Shown: piece after piece, positions 52,101 to 64,000 of the stretch
Numbering within the stretch: the first letter of the stretch is position 1
How the letters are laid out: every line of letters begins with the position of its first letter
Assembly: GCF_009914755.1 (NCBI RefSeq)
Contig: NC_060940.1
Direction: 5' to 3' (one strand)
Length of the DNA: 64,000 nt
Source of the DNA: the human T2T-CHM13v2.0 reference genome, Homo sapiens
The notes under the pieces: model-generated
The model's database searches: none
Told to the model about the DNA's origin: nothing
The model's input: only the letters and a program-made list of their open reading frames with translations
Made by a program: the position numbers and the translations under genes

Positions 52101-52547
52101 CACTAACACTGTCACTCAGTCCTTTTCTCACTGCTCTGGTCTCTATACTTAGAGCTTCGAGACCTGCCACTCAGATGACTCCAGAAGAAAACACGCTTTG
52201 GTGTCGTGCTTGCCTTTGCCCTTGTCACTTTCTCAACTCTCCTCACCTCTGTGACTGCATCTTTATAACTCTCCTTTATTAGTGCTTTTGCTGGAGGAGG
52301 CAAGCATGAACATTGTCAAAAGGACTCAAAATGGGGAAAAGTGGCAGCAATTGCCAGCACAATCACTGAAAAATCTTCTGAATGGATTGTAAATTAAACC
52401 CTCCCCCAAATGCTCAGAACTGTTGAATTGACTAATTCAAATTCATTGAGTCAGATGCAGTTAGTGTAACAGTCTATAGTAACAGTGTAGACTATTAGTT
52501 TGTAGAGTCCACACAGAAGAGTCCAATTTTCTTTGCACAAAGAGCCT

Positions 52548-52670
52548 ACCATTCATTTATTCAACAAATGCTTTTGAACACCCATCACTGTGACAGACAG
52601 TGGCAATGCATGTAGGAACAAAGTGTGTCCATGGGGGCAGAGACCTGGAATAATCAGTCACCATGTAAGG
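52548..52670 (-). mobile_element. L2 3' fragment
   Basis: CATTCATTTATTCAACAAATGCTTTTGAACACCCATCACTGTG. Confidence 0.65.
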
Positions 52671-54192
52671 AAATTCACCAGACCACCAATTTCCACGCCT
52701 TGTATGTTTCTGTTGTCTTTGCTGCAGACTGACCAAAAGCACAAGACAAACTCTTGTCCACTTGGATTTTAGCATCTTTCCCTGACCCTGCCTCTGACTC
52801 TGGTGTTGTGCACCCACTCTGCAACTCTCCAAGCTCCAGCCCTGTAGTGCCAGCCTGTACCTGCCTCTCCTGAGGGTCAATATGGCATCCAGCCTTGGTG
52901 AAGTCTCCCACCCCGTGGTGATTCATATCTGACCCTGAGAATTTTCCACCTTTCCCAGAAGAGTGGGAGTCTAGGAAGACAAATAGCCAAGATAGGAGTT
53001 TGAAGAGGAGGCACCAATGGCAATTTGGGTTGTTAATTCCTCCAGCTAATTTAGTTCTGATTTCCCCATGCTCTTGGCAGTGAGACAGTTGGCTCCAGAG
53101 GAAGGTGATAAAAAGGAATCAGTCAAGGAACAATCAAGAACGTGTTACTTTTTTGGATAATCATTGGCTGTAGGGATTCTCCTTTACATTTTAAAGAGGG
53201 ATGAGGTTGAGTCTGTCCCTAGCACTGACAATGAAACATTTATGCTGTTTATAAAAATCAGGAAACACACAAATAATTTGATTAACGCTCACCTTCTGGT
53301 CCTTTTGTGATTTGAGAGGTCTTGAGATAAGAAAAACTGTGGATGAATTTTACTGAACTATTGAATTGAGAATGGCTGAGGGGGAGAGGCCCCTTCCCTC
53401 TGTGAAATATAGGGAAAAGTTGTTTTTCTTTTCTCCTAGTTTCAGAATACTTGGACTTACAGTCCCAAATAGCATCATTTCCTGGTGAAGCCCCCTGAAC
53501 CAGACAGGAAACTGCCTCTCTTCAATAAGAGCAGAGGCAGTCTCAATAAAAAACAAAATTTCAACCCATCCTCCGCTTTGGTGGCAGGCAGTTCATCTTC
53601 TCACCTCTACTTATTTACAGTTTGAGGGGAAAAAAGAGGTAATACTTGAAAGTGTATTTGACCATATTTTCTAACTGGGAGACAATTTTTTTCTTTAACA
53701 ATTACTTTTGGACATATTACTTGTTAGTTAAAGGAGATGTGACACCTCCTGCCCCCCTGGCCAGCCAAGATCCATTTGTCATCCAGGTAGCCTCAGAACG
53801 GATTGAGAGCTCGCCGCACAGATCTCATGTCAAAGACAGGCGCGTCTGTCTTTCACGGCTTGGGTTGTCAGGATGCAGGGAGGGCCTTTTGTCAAACACC
53901 TGCCGATGAGCGTTTGGCAGAGCCTGTGCTAAGGCATCATAGATTTCCTTCTGTGTTGTCTTGAGAGCAGAGAAGGTGGCAGGTTAAAGGGAATCAGGAA
54001 AGAAATGAGAATGAGGATAAACGAGAGGGTGTGGTTCTCAGGGTAGAATGCATCGGACACTGCCTAGTGTGAGAAGGGACTCATCTGTTTTCTAGGAAGT
54101 ACTATAAAAAAGATAAATTTAGTGCTCAGATATCTGAGGCCTGATATTAGGAAAAATACGGTAAGGCATACATTTAGAACAGATGCCATGTC

Positions 54193-54230
54193 TGTGTGTG
54201 TGTGTGTGTGCATGCGTGTGTGTGTGTGTG
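54193..54230. repeat. Interrupted (TG)n microsatellite
   Basis: Two TG runs separated by CATGCG. Confidence 0.9.
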
Positions 54231-54459
54231 TATTATTAATATGTCTGCTGGCCTTGAGAAGGTACATTCAGAGAATTTTCTGAAGTCTTTTTCACATGGC
54301 CTGTATTGTCAAAAAATGATGTTGGGTGTTTTCTGCCTGTGGCTGTGGGCCTCTGTGTTCACATAGATGGTCATATGTTCCTAAAGGATACATCCAGGAC
54401 TGTGCTGACTTATTTGGGGTGGCTGAGAAGAGACATGAGCCAGATGATAACAGGAATAA

Positions 54460-54919
54460 TTCAGTGTGTGCTTCCCATGGCTGCTGTAACAAACTGCACA
54501 GCCTAGAGGGCTTCAAACAACAGGAATATTATCTCACAGTCCTAGAAGCCAGACGTCTGAGACCACAGTGTGGACAGGGCCATGCTCCTTCTCTAGAGAA
54601 CTCTCCTTGCTCCTCTCGCTTCCGGTGGTTCAGTGGCAACGCTTGGTGTTTCCTGGCTTGCAGCTGCAACTATCTGACCTCTGCGTCTGTCCTCCCACGG
54701 CCTTCTCCCTGTGTGTTTCTGGATCTCTTCTCCTTTGTTATCAGGACACTGGTCACATTGGATTAAGGGCCTACCCTATTCCAGTCTGACTGCATCTTAA
54801 CTGTTTAACTCTGTATTCCAATCTAATTACATGTCTATTTCCAAGTAACGTCACATTCTGAGGCAATGGCGGTTGGGACTTGAACATATATTCTTCGGGA
54901 CATGATTCAACCTATAACA
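54460..54919 (-). mobile_element. MLT1C-like MaLR solo LTR
   Basis: GGCTGCTGTAACAAA...CAGGGCCATGCTCC...GGACACTGGTCACATTGGATTAAGGGCC...GTCACATTCTGAGG...ATTCAACCTATAACA. Confidence 0.88.
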
Positions 54920-55339
54920 AGTAATACTAGTAATCATCTCACTCCTGTAAACAGTACAGTTGCCATACCTCAAGTATCTAGTATACTTGGGACATTAGTC
55001 TGGGAATTTTTCTCCAATCCTCACGCTAGCATTTCTAGTAATGAGGAAACTGGGGGTCAGGGAAGCTTAGTCCACATTTCTCACCTTTTCTCCTTTTCTC
55101 CCATCCCCCAGCCAGTTTTTCAACATATTGGTTTTTCACCACATGCTCACTGCAGTGAATGTTCACTCCCAAGCCCAAAAGTAGACATGTGGAGTGACAG
55201 GTGTCACTATATCATAATATGAAGAATTTCAAAAGCCAGAAGTGCTTGAGAAAATATAAATTGTGCAGTAAAAGAAAACACCCTAAATGTGCAGAGCAGG
55301 AAGTAGAATGACTCTTTGGGTATTGTGTTTGTTAGGGGG

Positions 55340-55530
55340 GTCATTAGAAAATCATAGACACTGAGCCGAACCCCCTGGGTTCAAATCCCAGCTCCACCAC
55401 TTACGAATTGAATGACTTTGAGAAAGTTACTTAAATGCTGCGTACTTCATTTTCCTCCCCTGTAAAACGGGTTAATATCAGCACTTATCACATAGTTTTT
55501 GAGAAAGCTAAACGTGCTTATCTATAGTGG
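55340..55530 (+). mobile_element. MIR
   Basis: CCTGGGTTCAAATCCCAGCTCCACCACTTAC...AAGTTACTTAA...TTTCCTCCCCTGTAAAACGGG. Confidence 0.85.
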
Positions 55531-55625
55531 TTATTATTACTAGAAAGAATATCGTGGTGCCCCCAAACATGGATTTAACAAGCATTGATCAAATACCTCC
55601 TATGCCCCTACGAACCAGGTACTAG

Positions 55626-56108
<483 letters not shown>

Positions 56109-57485
56109 TGAGAAGAGAAAGAAAGAATTATGAATGAATTCTTCTGAGCTGTGAGTCCTTCCTGTGCACCAGGCATGGATGGCAAGGCACGATTGATAAT
56201 GTTCCCTCTTATCTCGAAATGTCCACTCTCTCTCCCATGCACGGGGAGTCAAGCTGTGCTCTTCAAACACAAATTCCTTCTCCCACTTCCTGGGTAGTTA
56301 TGCTCTTTTCTTCCCTGAGGTTGCTAATTGTGGGCAGTACAGTGTAGAGTCACTTTGATTTTTCTCATCTCCTTCCTGGAATGTGCCACAGAAGAAAACC
56401 CACGAAGTCTTGAGCTAAACGAAGCAGAGATGGGAGAAGGGACAAGGTGGGAGGCGGTAGTGGTGCTGCATGGGATAAAAATGGAAACACACACTTTTGC
56501 CCTCTGTACCCAAAAGGAAATGTCGGTGGAGGCAGGCGTTCAAGCTGGCCTCGTGTTTGTGGTTTTAGACACAGCTTTGAGTCGTGACCGGTGTGGCCAA
56601 GACCTATTTCCCTTGCAAATGCTCTCTCTCTTTTTTCAGTAACTGTGTTACTAAAGTTCTCTTAGATACTTTACATTTCCTTTCACGGATTTCCAAAATT
56701 TCTTTCTTTGAGAATGTCAGGACCAGTAGGAGGTTCAGCACGCATTGCCAGAGAAATCACAGATGACTAATTGGAATGCCTCAGAATCATTCTCCTTTTG
56801 TTTCACCTAATTTCCACACTTACGAAGTCAAACTCTCAGTTAAATGTTTATCTAGCAATTCATTTCTTCTGAGCCATCTGTTGCTAGGCAGGATCTGCAG
56901 ACCTCTTGGTTGCATGTGCTGGGTTGGGTCCTCCAAGTCTCTTAGCACAAAGTCCTGATGTTTAAATCCTGCAAGCGAATTGCCACCTTTATTTCCAAGT
57001 TCTCCTCGAAATCCACATTCTTCCCTACAGACAACGGTGGGGTTCAGTGTTTGCTTTTCCTGGGGCTGCTCGGTTCTCTCACCTTGCATTTCTGTGGCGC
57101 CAAGGTAAGCTGAAGGCATTAGTATTCACACTTGTGTGTGAGCAGCTGAGCTAACATGCACCAGAGGGAAAATATTACTTCTCATAAATGCTCAATAATT
57201 ATAGTCTTTATTGCATGCAAATCTATATTGTGACACATAGTGGAAAGCTTTTGGATTCTGTGTGGAAGAGTTGACAGAGATTTGCAGGTGAAAAAGAAAA
57301 GAAAAAAAATACAGATACGTGTATATATAGAGAAAGACAAAAACTTGTGTGCTAGAAACCTACGGAGAGAGATGGTATTGCCCCTGGGACATTGGACTTT
57401 CTGTTTCCAGCATGGTCTGTCGTCTTCCATAATGGCATTTAATTTTGGAAAAATTGCCTGAGCATTTGGAACAGGCATCTATTAG

Positions 57486-57864
<379 letters not shown>

Positions 57865-58271
57865 TGAGGAATAATTATTTCTAGTAATTTCTGTTCTAAT
57901 CTAAGGGGTTTGAGGTTATCTTTTGACAATAGATGTTAGCTAGGAGAGATAAGAAATGGAGCAAGGGAGGGGTTTCATCCCGCCGTGTTCATTTGCTTGG
58001 CTGTCCTGAAATTGCGAATACGCAGTTGTTACCTGCTCCCGGTGGGAGGGGGGGGATATTTATTTGGCATCTTGCAATTGATAGGAGCTGAGTGATTTTA
58101 GTAGGTAGTTTAACTCCTTAAAAACTTCCAGTGGTTTCATATTCTACCTAGTTTTAGGTGACAGCTGGTATGGGGTGGGGAAGGGGGGGGGGATAAAGAT
58201 ATTAATTTGGAAGCATTTGATTGCTCCATTATTTTATCATCTTCCCATGGAAATGTTTTCATAACGCGTTG

Positions 58272-58572
58272 TTTTTTAATTATTATTATTATTTTTTGAG
58301 ACAGAGTCTCACTGAGTCGCCCAGGGCGGCGGTGTGATCTCGGCTCACTGCAACCTCAGTCTCCCAGGTTAAAGCAATTCTTCTGCCTCAGCCTCCCGAG
58401 TAGCTGGGATTTTAGGTGTGCAACACCACGCCTGGCTAACTTTTGTATTTTTAGTAAAGACAGGGTTTCACCGTGTTGGCCAGGCTGGTCTCGAACTCCT
58501 GACCTCAAGTGATCTGCCTGCCTCAGCCTCTCACAGTGCTGGGATTACAGGCGTGAGCCACCGTGCCCGGCC
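58272..58572 (-). mobile_element. Alu (AluSx/Sz-like)
   Basis: (TTA)n tail, dimer ending CCCGGCC, small deletion near 58325. Confidence 0.95.
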
Positions 58573-58921
58573 TCATATCCTTTTTTATGGAAAAAAAAAA
58601 TCGGGAATTAGCGTGTAGCTATTAGGCGTAGATTCCTGCCTAAGGTCTGGATATGAATTCCAAAGACCACTGGACTTTGGAATATTCATAAGTCTCTGAA
58701 AATTCAGACCCACAGAGGCCTTACCCCGCTACAGAGAGGCCCCAGGAGAGAGGCCTCACACCCTCTGGCTCCACTGAAATTCACTTCACGTTTCCAACTT
58801 GGATTAAACTGGCACGAAAGTTCAGTCAAATGTCAAGTCCATTTTGTCAAGGGAGGGAACTCATTCAGAAGATGAACTAGTTGGTGTTACTTAGATGATT
58901 AACTACTTGGCATTAGGTAGA

Positions 58922-59139
58922 AGAGGGCTCTGCCAACTACAGTTCATGGACCAAATCCTGCCTGCTGTTTGTTTTTGTAAATAAAGTTTTATTGGAACAC
59001 AGCCAGGTGCATTTGTTTACCTATTGTCTATGGCTGCTTTTGCACTACAGTAGCAAAGTTGAGTACTTATAAATGTAGAGCCTGCAAAGTCTAAAATATT
59101 TACTATCTGCCCTTTTGCAGGTAAATTTGAGGACTCTTG
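58922..59139. mobile_element. MER58A hAT MITE
   Basis: TGTTTTTGTAAATAAAGTTTTATTGGAACACAGCCA...AAAATATTTACTATCTGCCC. Confidence 0.9.
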
Positions 59140-59280
59140 AGTTAGACAGCTAATTAGTTGGTGTTACCTAAATTTTGTGAATTGTGGCTAAATCTCTCAT
59201 TTGTCTACACATTCAAATAAAATCATGTATCAAAGGTGATGTGTGTATAATAAGATGCTGGGAAGATGAGCAAAGCATGA

Positions 59281-59640
<360 letters not shown>

Positions 59641-60547
59641 TAGTAAGTGGACATCAGGACATGGATTCTATTAAATCTAACACCTTTATCTTTGCATTTC
59701 CATACATTTTGCTTATTTCAAAGTAGCTACAACTGCACAAAGAATGGGCTGTCCTCTCCTGCTACTTTATAAAAGCCAAGTTTTTGCTTCTAGCTGGTCG
59801 AAGGTCCTGTGGGAGCTCACGTTTTTCTCAATCACTGATGACCATTTGAGACATAATTTGGAGAAGGTTTCTATCAAATCCTAGTTGGACTGCAGTGAAA
59901 TGTTTTCAAACTAGAGAAGCACCAAATAGGCCATGATAAAGAATAAATACCACCTACCCCAACCTGGCAAATGTGTGCTCACCCAAAAGTAGTGGAGCCT
60001 CAAGCTCAGGGAGATGTGACTGGAAAATCCACTGAATAAATGTCTATTTAAAAAAATCATAGCGTCTAGGGGATATACACTTCTAAGCCCATTCTTCAAT
60101 GGAGAATTACTTATGCGCATAAGTAGTTTAAACAAAATTAGTGGAAAAACAGGGAGTTTAAGGGAGCAAGAGATCAGGTCTTCTGGGCTCACCACACATC
60201 AGGTGATTTAAGCTAAAAATGGCTTAAAATACCGCAATCACTTGAAACGCCTTACATAAACTGACCAGGAATCTGGGGCATTCGCGTTAGAGACAATTTT
60301 CTTCTCCTCAAGATAAGGGATGGGGAATTAGTCATAGGGTATCTCCAGATAATGTAGTTAACACCTCGTGTAATATTAGGTGGGCAGGGAGCTCTGCTCT
60401 CAGGACCAAAATTGCTCCTGCCAGCTCTAATAGGGAATGTGTGTATTTTTAAAGTCTGGGTAAGCACTGTGAGTCATTTCCACAATACGCCTCCCTTTGG
60501 CGTGAAATGGGGCAGAAAGTGCCCCAAACAGCTGTTATTTTCGCAGT

Positions 60548-60700
60548 GATTCATTCATTCATTCATCCACCCATCCATTCATTCATTCACTCATCACATG
60601 GCAACTCATCACCCCTGTATACCAGACCCAGTGCCAAATACTGGGGAGATGTGTGTGAACAAAATCTCATTTTCAAGGAGCTTATTGCCTGCTGCACATT
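60548..60700 (-). mobile_element. L2 3' end
   Basis: (TTCA)n tail, then GTGCCAAATACTGGGGAGAT...TTCAAGGAGCTTA. Confidence 0.7.
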
Positions 60701-60971
60701 TTAGCCTCATCTCGTTAGTGCAAGAAATAATTTAACAACTGAAAAAGATGTGAGGTTGTACCTGGTAAGGTCTCTATTGGTCAAGGAAAGGTTTAGCATG
60801 GAGAGATTTCTCTTAAGGTGCCTAGGTATTCAGAAGCACCCCTAAAACTGATTTGTGTGGCCCTATGCTTACAAGTGGAGCCTTTCCCTCATTTTTGCTT
60901 TATTTCTTTTGCCTCTCACTTTTTATTTCCTTTGTGGAGTCCAGCCCCTTTGCTTATTCTCAGCACAAAAG

Positions 60972-61106
60972 AGGCAGTAGAGTGAGAAGAACGTGAACTT
61001 CAGAGCCCACGCATCCCTTTTCACATTTGAATCGCAACTCTGTCATTCACCAGCTGTGCATCCTTGGGAAAGTCACTTAGCCTCTCTGAGCTCTAATTTC
61101 CTCACA
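60972..61106 (+). mobile_element. MIR fragment
   Basis: CCAGCTGTGCATCCTTGGGAAAGTCACTTAGCCTCTCTGAGCTCTAATTTCCTCA. Confidence 0.75.
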
Positions 61107-62129
61107 GGGCCGCAGGACTGAGGTTAAGGACCTGCTGTCACTGGTACAGTGGTTGAAGAAAAGGTGAATGAAGGAAGGGCCTCATTTTACTCCTTGTCTC
61201 ACATTCCTTTCTGCTACTTCTCTTTGGCTCACCAAAAGGAGACAGAAGTTTGTGTCCATGGCTGTGAACTGCCAAAGAGTTGCCAATTCTCTACGATCTT
61301 TGACCTCTGTGATCCCAGGGGCAAGGCCAGCACTTTCCATTCCATTAGACTTCATTCTCTTGTGGGTGCTTTCTGCTGGAATCTCCCAATACAGAACAGA
61401 AAGCACAGGTTATGGAATCAGATAGACCAAAGTTCATCTCCAAATTTGATTCCCTCTGCATACAAGTTGCTTACCCTTGGGGGCCCTGTAAAATGACCAT
61501 AATAGTAAGCACCTCTGAGGCTCACTGGAAGAACTCTTTGTTGTCTGCACAGAAGATCTCAGCACTAAGCCTGGAACAGAGGAGACTTCAGTCGATGTAG
61601 GGCATCTCCCCAAACTGCTTTTATTCTTTATGCCTCACTGAAACTTGAATCAAAAAGCGGCTGGAGGAAAAAGAGCTTTGCCACCGGGCAGTACTGCTGG
61701 GTCTTGCGTCACAGAGATGCCTTCTGCTCCCTTCTTCAGGGAGACCTCAGGGTATGAAAGTGCTGCTTACCCAGCAGATGAGATTTAGTCCAGTCATCCA
61801 TCTGCGTGGTCTCTGTGGATAAAGTAAGCGTTTCATTCAACTTTTAAAAATATTGCAAATTGACCCTCGCACATCTTTTCTTACTGCCGGTCACCTAGCC
61901 AGCAAAGACCCCAGGTGAGATCCCACTGGTTTGGAGGAAGGAGAGGAAAGTCCCCACTTGGGCAAAAACAATTTAGGATACCTGAAGATTGCAAAGCCCA
62001 GCTCCTCACAAAGAGGGTGGCAGCTGGGGAGAAGCTGAATCAGTAGACAGACAAGATTGTGGTTTAACGAGTTCAGGGACAAGAGAAGGCCCCAGTAACC
62101 TACAGAAGCAACTAGCTCCTTGCCTTCTG

Positions 62130-62395
62130 TACAACATGGCCTTTGGAGTCACAGGACGTGAGTTTGGATCCCAGCTCTGCCACTTAGTAATTGTGTAGAT
62201 TTGCACATGTTGCTGGACCTCTCTTTGTCTCAGTTTTCTGTAAACTGGGGAAAATCTTAGTAAATCTAGCTAATGTGGTTGTTATGAAGATTCTGTGTGT
62301 GTGTGTCTGTGTGTGTGTATGTGTACAAAGAAAGTTTAGAGCAGCGTGTGGCACGTAATGCATATTATGTAAGTGTAGCTCTAATGTGAGTTGTT
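62130..62395 (+). mobile_element. MIR containing a short (TG)n
   Basis: CTTTGGAGTCACAGG...CCCAGCTCTGCCACTTAG...CTCAGTTTTCTGTAAACTGGGG. Confidence 0.8.
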
Positions 62396-62529
62396 ACTTG
62401 TAGAGAACAGCTATGTCAAAACCACACCAAAAACGATTTGGAAAGGAAATAATTTGACTGGTCATTTTGTTTATCCATCAACTGAGTTGGATTGATATAT
62501 TTTTCCTTTGGCCTTCAAAGGAAATTTGA

Positions 62530-62735
62530 GCATTCATTCATTCATCCTTTTAGAGAAATATTCTCTAAGCACCTACCGTGTGCCAAGCTTTGGGTTGGAT
62601 ACCTGGAACCCCTCTCAGTGAGATCACAGTCTAACAGCACACACCCAACTATGAAATATAGATGGACTGTGAAGATGAAGAAAGGTTCTGGTTATGAACT
62701 CACAGAGGAAGTGACGGCTGAACTTTGTAAGGACA
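62530..62735 (-). mobile_element. L2 fragment
   Basis: CATTCATTCATTCATCC...TAAGCACCTACCGTGTGCCAAGC. Confidence 0.65.
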
Positions 62736-63398
62736 CAAGTGGTTTAACAAGTTTCCTGGCCCATATGAGATCTCGGCTCCGACGTTACAGGCAGCAGTGT
62801 GGGGCCTCACCTTACCTTTTCCCACTTCCATCCTTCTCCACCCCCGTTCAGTTCCCAGGCTCCCCTTGTGTGAACTGGCTCATTTCTCACTGCCTTTCTG
62901 TTCTACAGCCCCCGCTCTGCTGAGTCAGGAGGTGCTACTTTCTCCATCTGCTTTCCATCGTCCAAAATTTTTGTTGATGTTTCTTGATCACTGAGTTAAA
63001 TAATTTTTCCCCGTATTATACATTCAGTAGAGTTTCTGGAGAGAGTGCATACAAAAACGCCTAACTGAATCTACCACGTCTAAGCAGATGCTCCCAGAGT
63101 CTATGCTTTTTTCCCCCATGCCATACTCCCCAAACTAAAGGATGAGAAAGAACCATGCAGGCAGAATGAGATGAGTAGATGCTACTGCTAATGCTGTCAG
63201 TTCTACTACTACCGCCACTGCTGTCTTCTGCTGAGTATGGATTATATGCCTGTTCCATATGAGAACATTATGCATATGGTGTGATTTGGTCATTCCGGAT
63301 GGCTAAAGTGTGAGCATACCCGTATCTCAGATTTACAGAGGAGAAAACAGAGGCTCAGACTGGTTATGTATATTTCTCTAAGTCCCCCAGCTATTGTT

Positions 63399-63790
63399 TG
63401 TTGTAGGTTGGGTACCCCAGGAAGTAGATTCTGCAACTGAGATTGGCATGTAGGAAGATTACTGGGGAGTGTTCTAGGATCCACACCTGTAGGGGAACGT
63501 AGCAAGCAGGATGGGGTGGAGGGAGGATTGAGCTGTGCTGTGGGAGATGCGAATGCTCCAGTCAATCCCAAGGAAACTCTGAAGCTGGATTATTCTTCAG
63601 AGATGCAAGGAGGTCAGGAAGTCATTGATGTGGGCTCCCTCCTGGAGTGCGTGTTGCTTTGGTAGGGAGCTCGCTTTGGCTGTGGGCAGTTCCTGAGGAG
63701 GGACTCATAGGACAGCCTAGCATCTGAGGAAATGAGTGCCTCCTGGCCCAGAATGGGGGATCTCAGCAGCACACTACAATATCCACTACA
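63399..63790 (-). mobile_element. LTR16A-like ERVL solo LTR
   Basis: GGTTGGGTACCCCAGGAAGTAGATTCTG...GGGGAGTGTTCTAGGATCCACACCTGT...GGGGGATCTCAGCAGCACACTACAATATCCACTACA. Confidence 0.78.
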
Positions 63791-64000
63791 GTTTCTTGGG
63801 CTTGCTCTGAAGCCATGCCTCTCTAACTTCAGGGTATATTCATGTAAGTGAGGTGCAGGGATGGGGGAAAGGGAGAAGGTAAAGCTACAAAGGTAAGCCA
63901 GCTTGTCTAGACCGGGAGCTAGCTCCTTGTGAAGGAATGGCAATGATAATGGTTAAGTCAGATTCAAGAAGTGTGTTTTGGGGAAACACTCCAGGTAGTG

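Overview
This is primate (most likely human) non-coding genomic DNA. I find no protein-coding gene, tRNA, rRNA, snRNA or CRISPR array. The short ORFs in the track are chance frames, Alu-derived frames or decayed L1 ORF2. Much of the window is recognisable transposable elements: about 18 Alu/FLAM copies (many with visible target-site duplications, TSDs), several old L1M fragments, many MIR and L2 relics, eight solo LTRs (THE1, MER4A1, MER74-group, three MLT1, LTR16A-like, one unresolved ERVL-type) and hAT/Tigger MITEs (MER44A, MER58, MER63A, MER102, MER5). LTRs, long L1s and Alus lie mostly on the minus strand, which suggests an intron of a gene transcribed on the plus strand; I cannot name the host. 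Between the repeats are unique blocks rich in developmental transcription-factor motifs (about 27.3-27.7, 32.1-33.1, 45.2-45.8 and 53.7-54.0 kb) that look like conserved enhancers. The most unusual local structures are a 4 x 77-bp minisatellite next to a sense-oriented MER4A1 LTR, a three-armed Alu inside one TSD, and a few well-flanked candidate cryptic exons. I see no convincing new biological system. Repeat family names come from my recall of consensus sequences, not from an alignment, and boundaries of old repeats are approximate.
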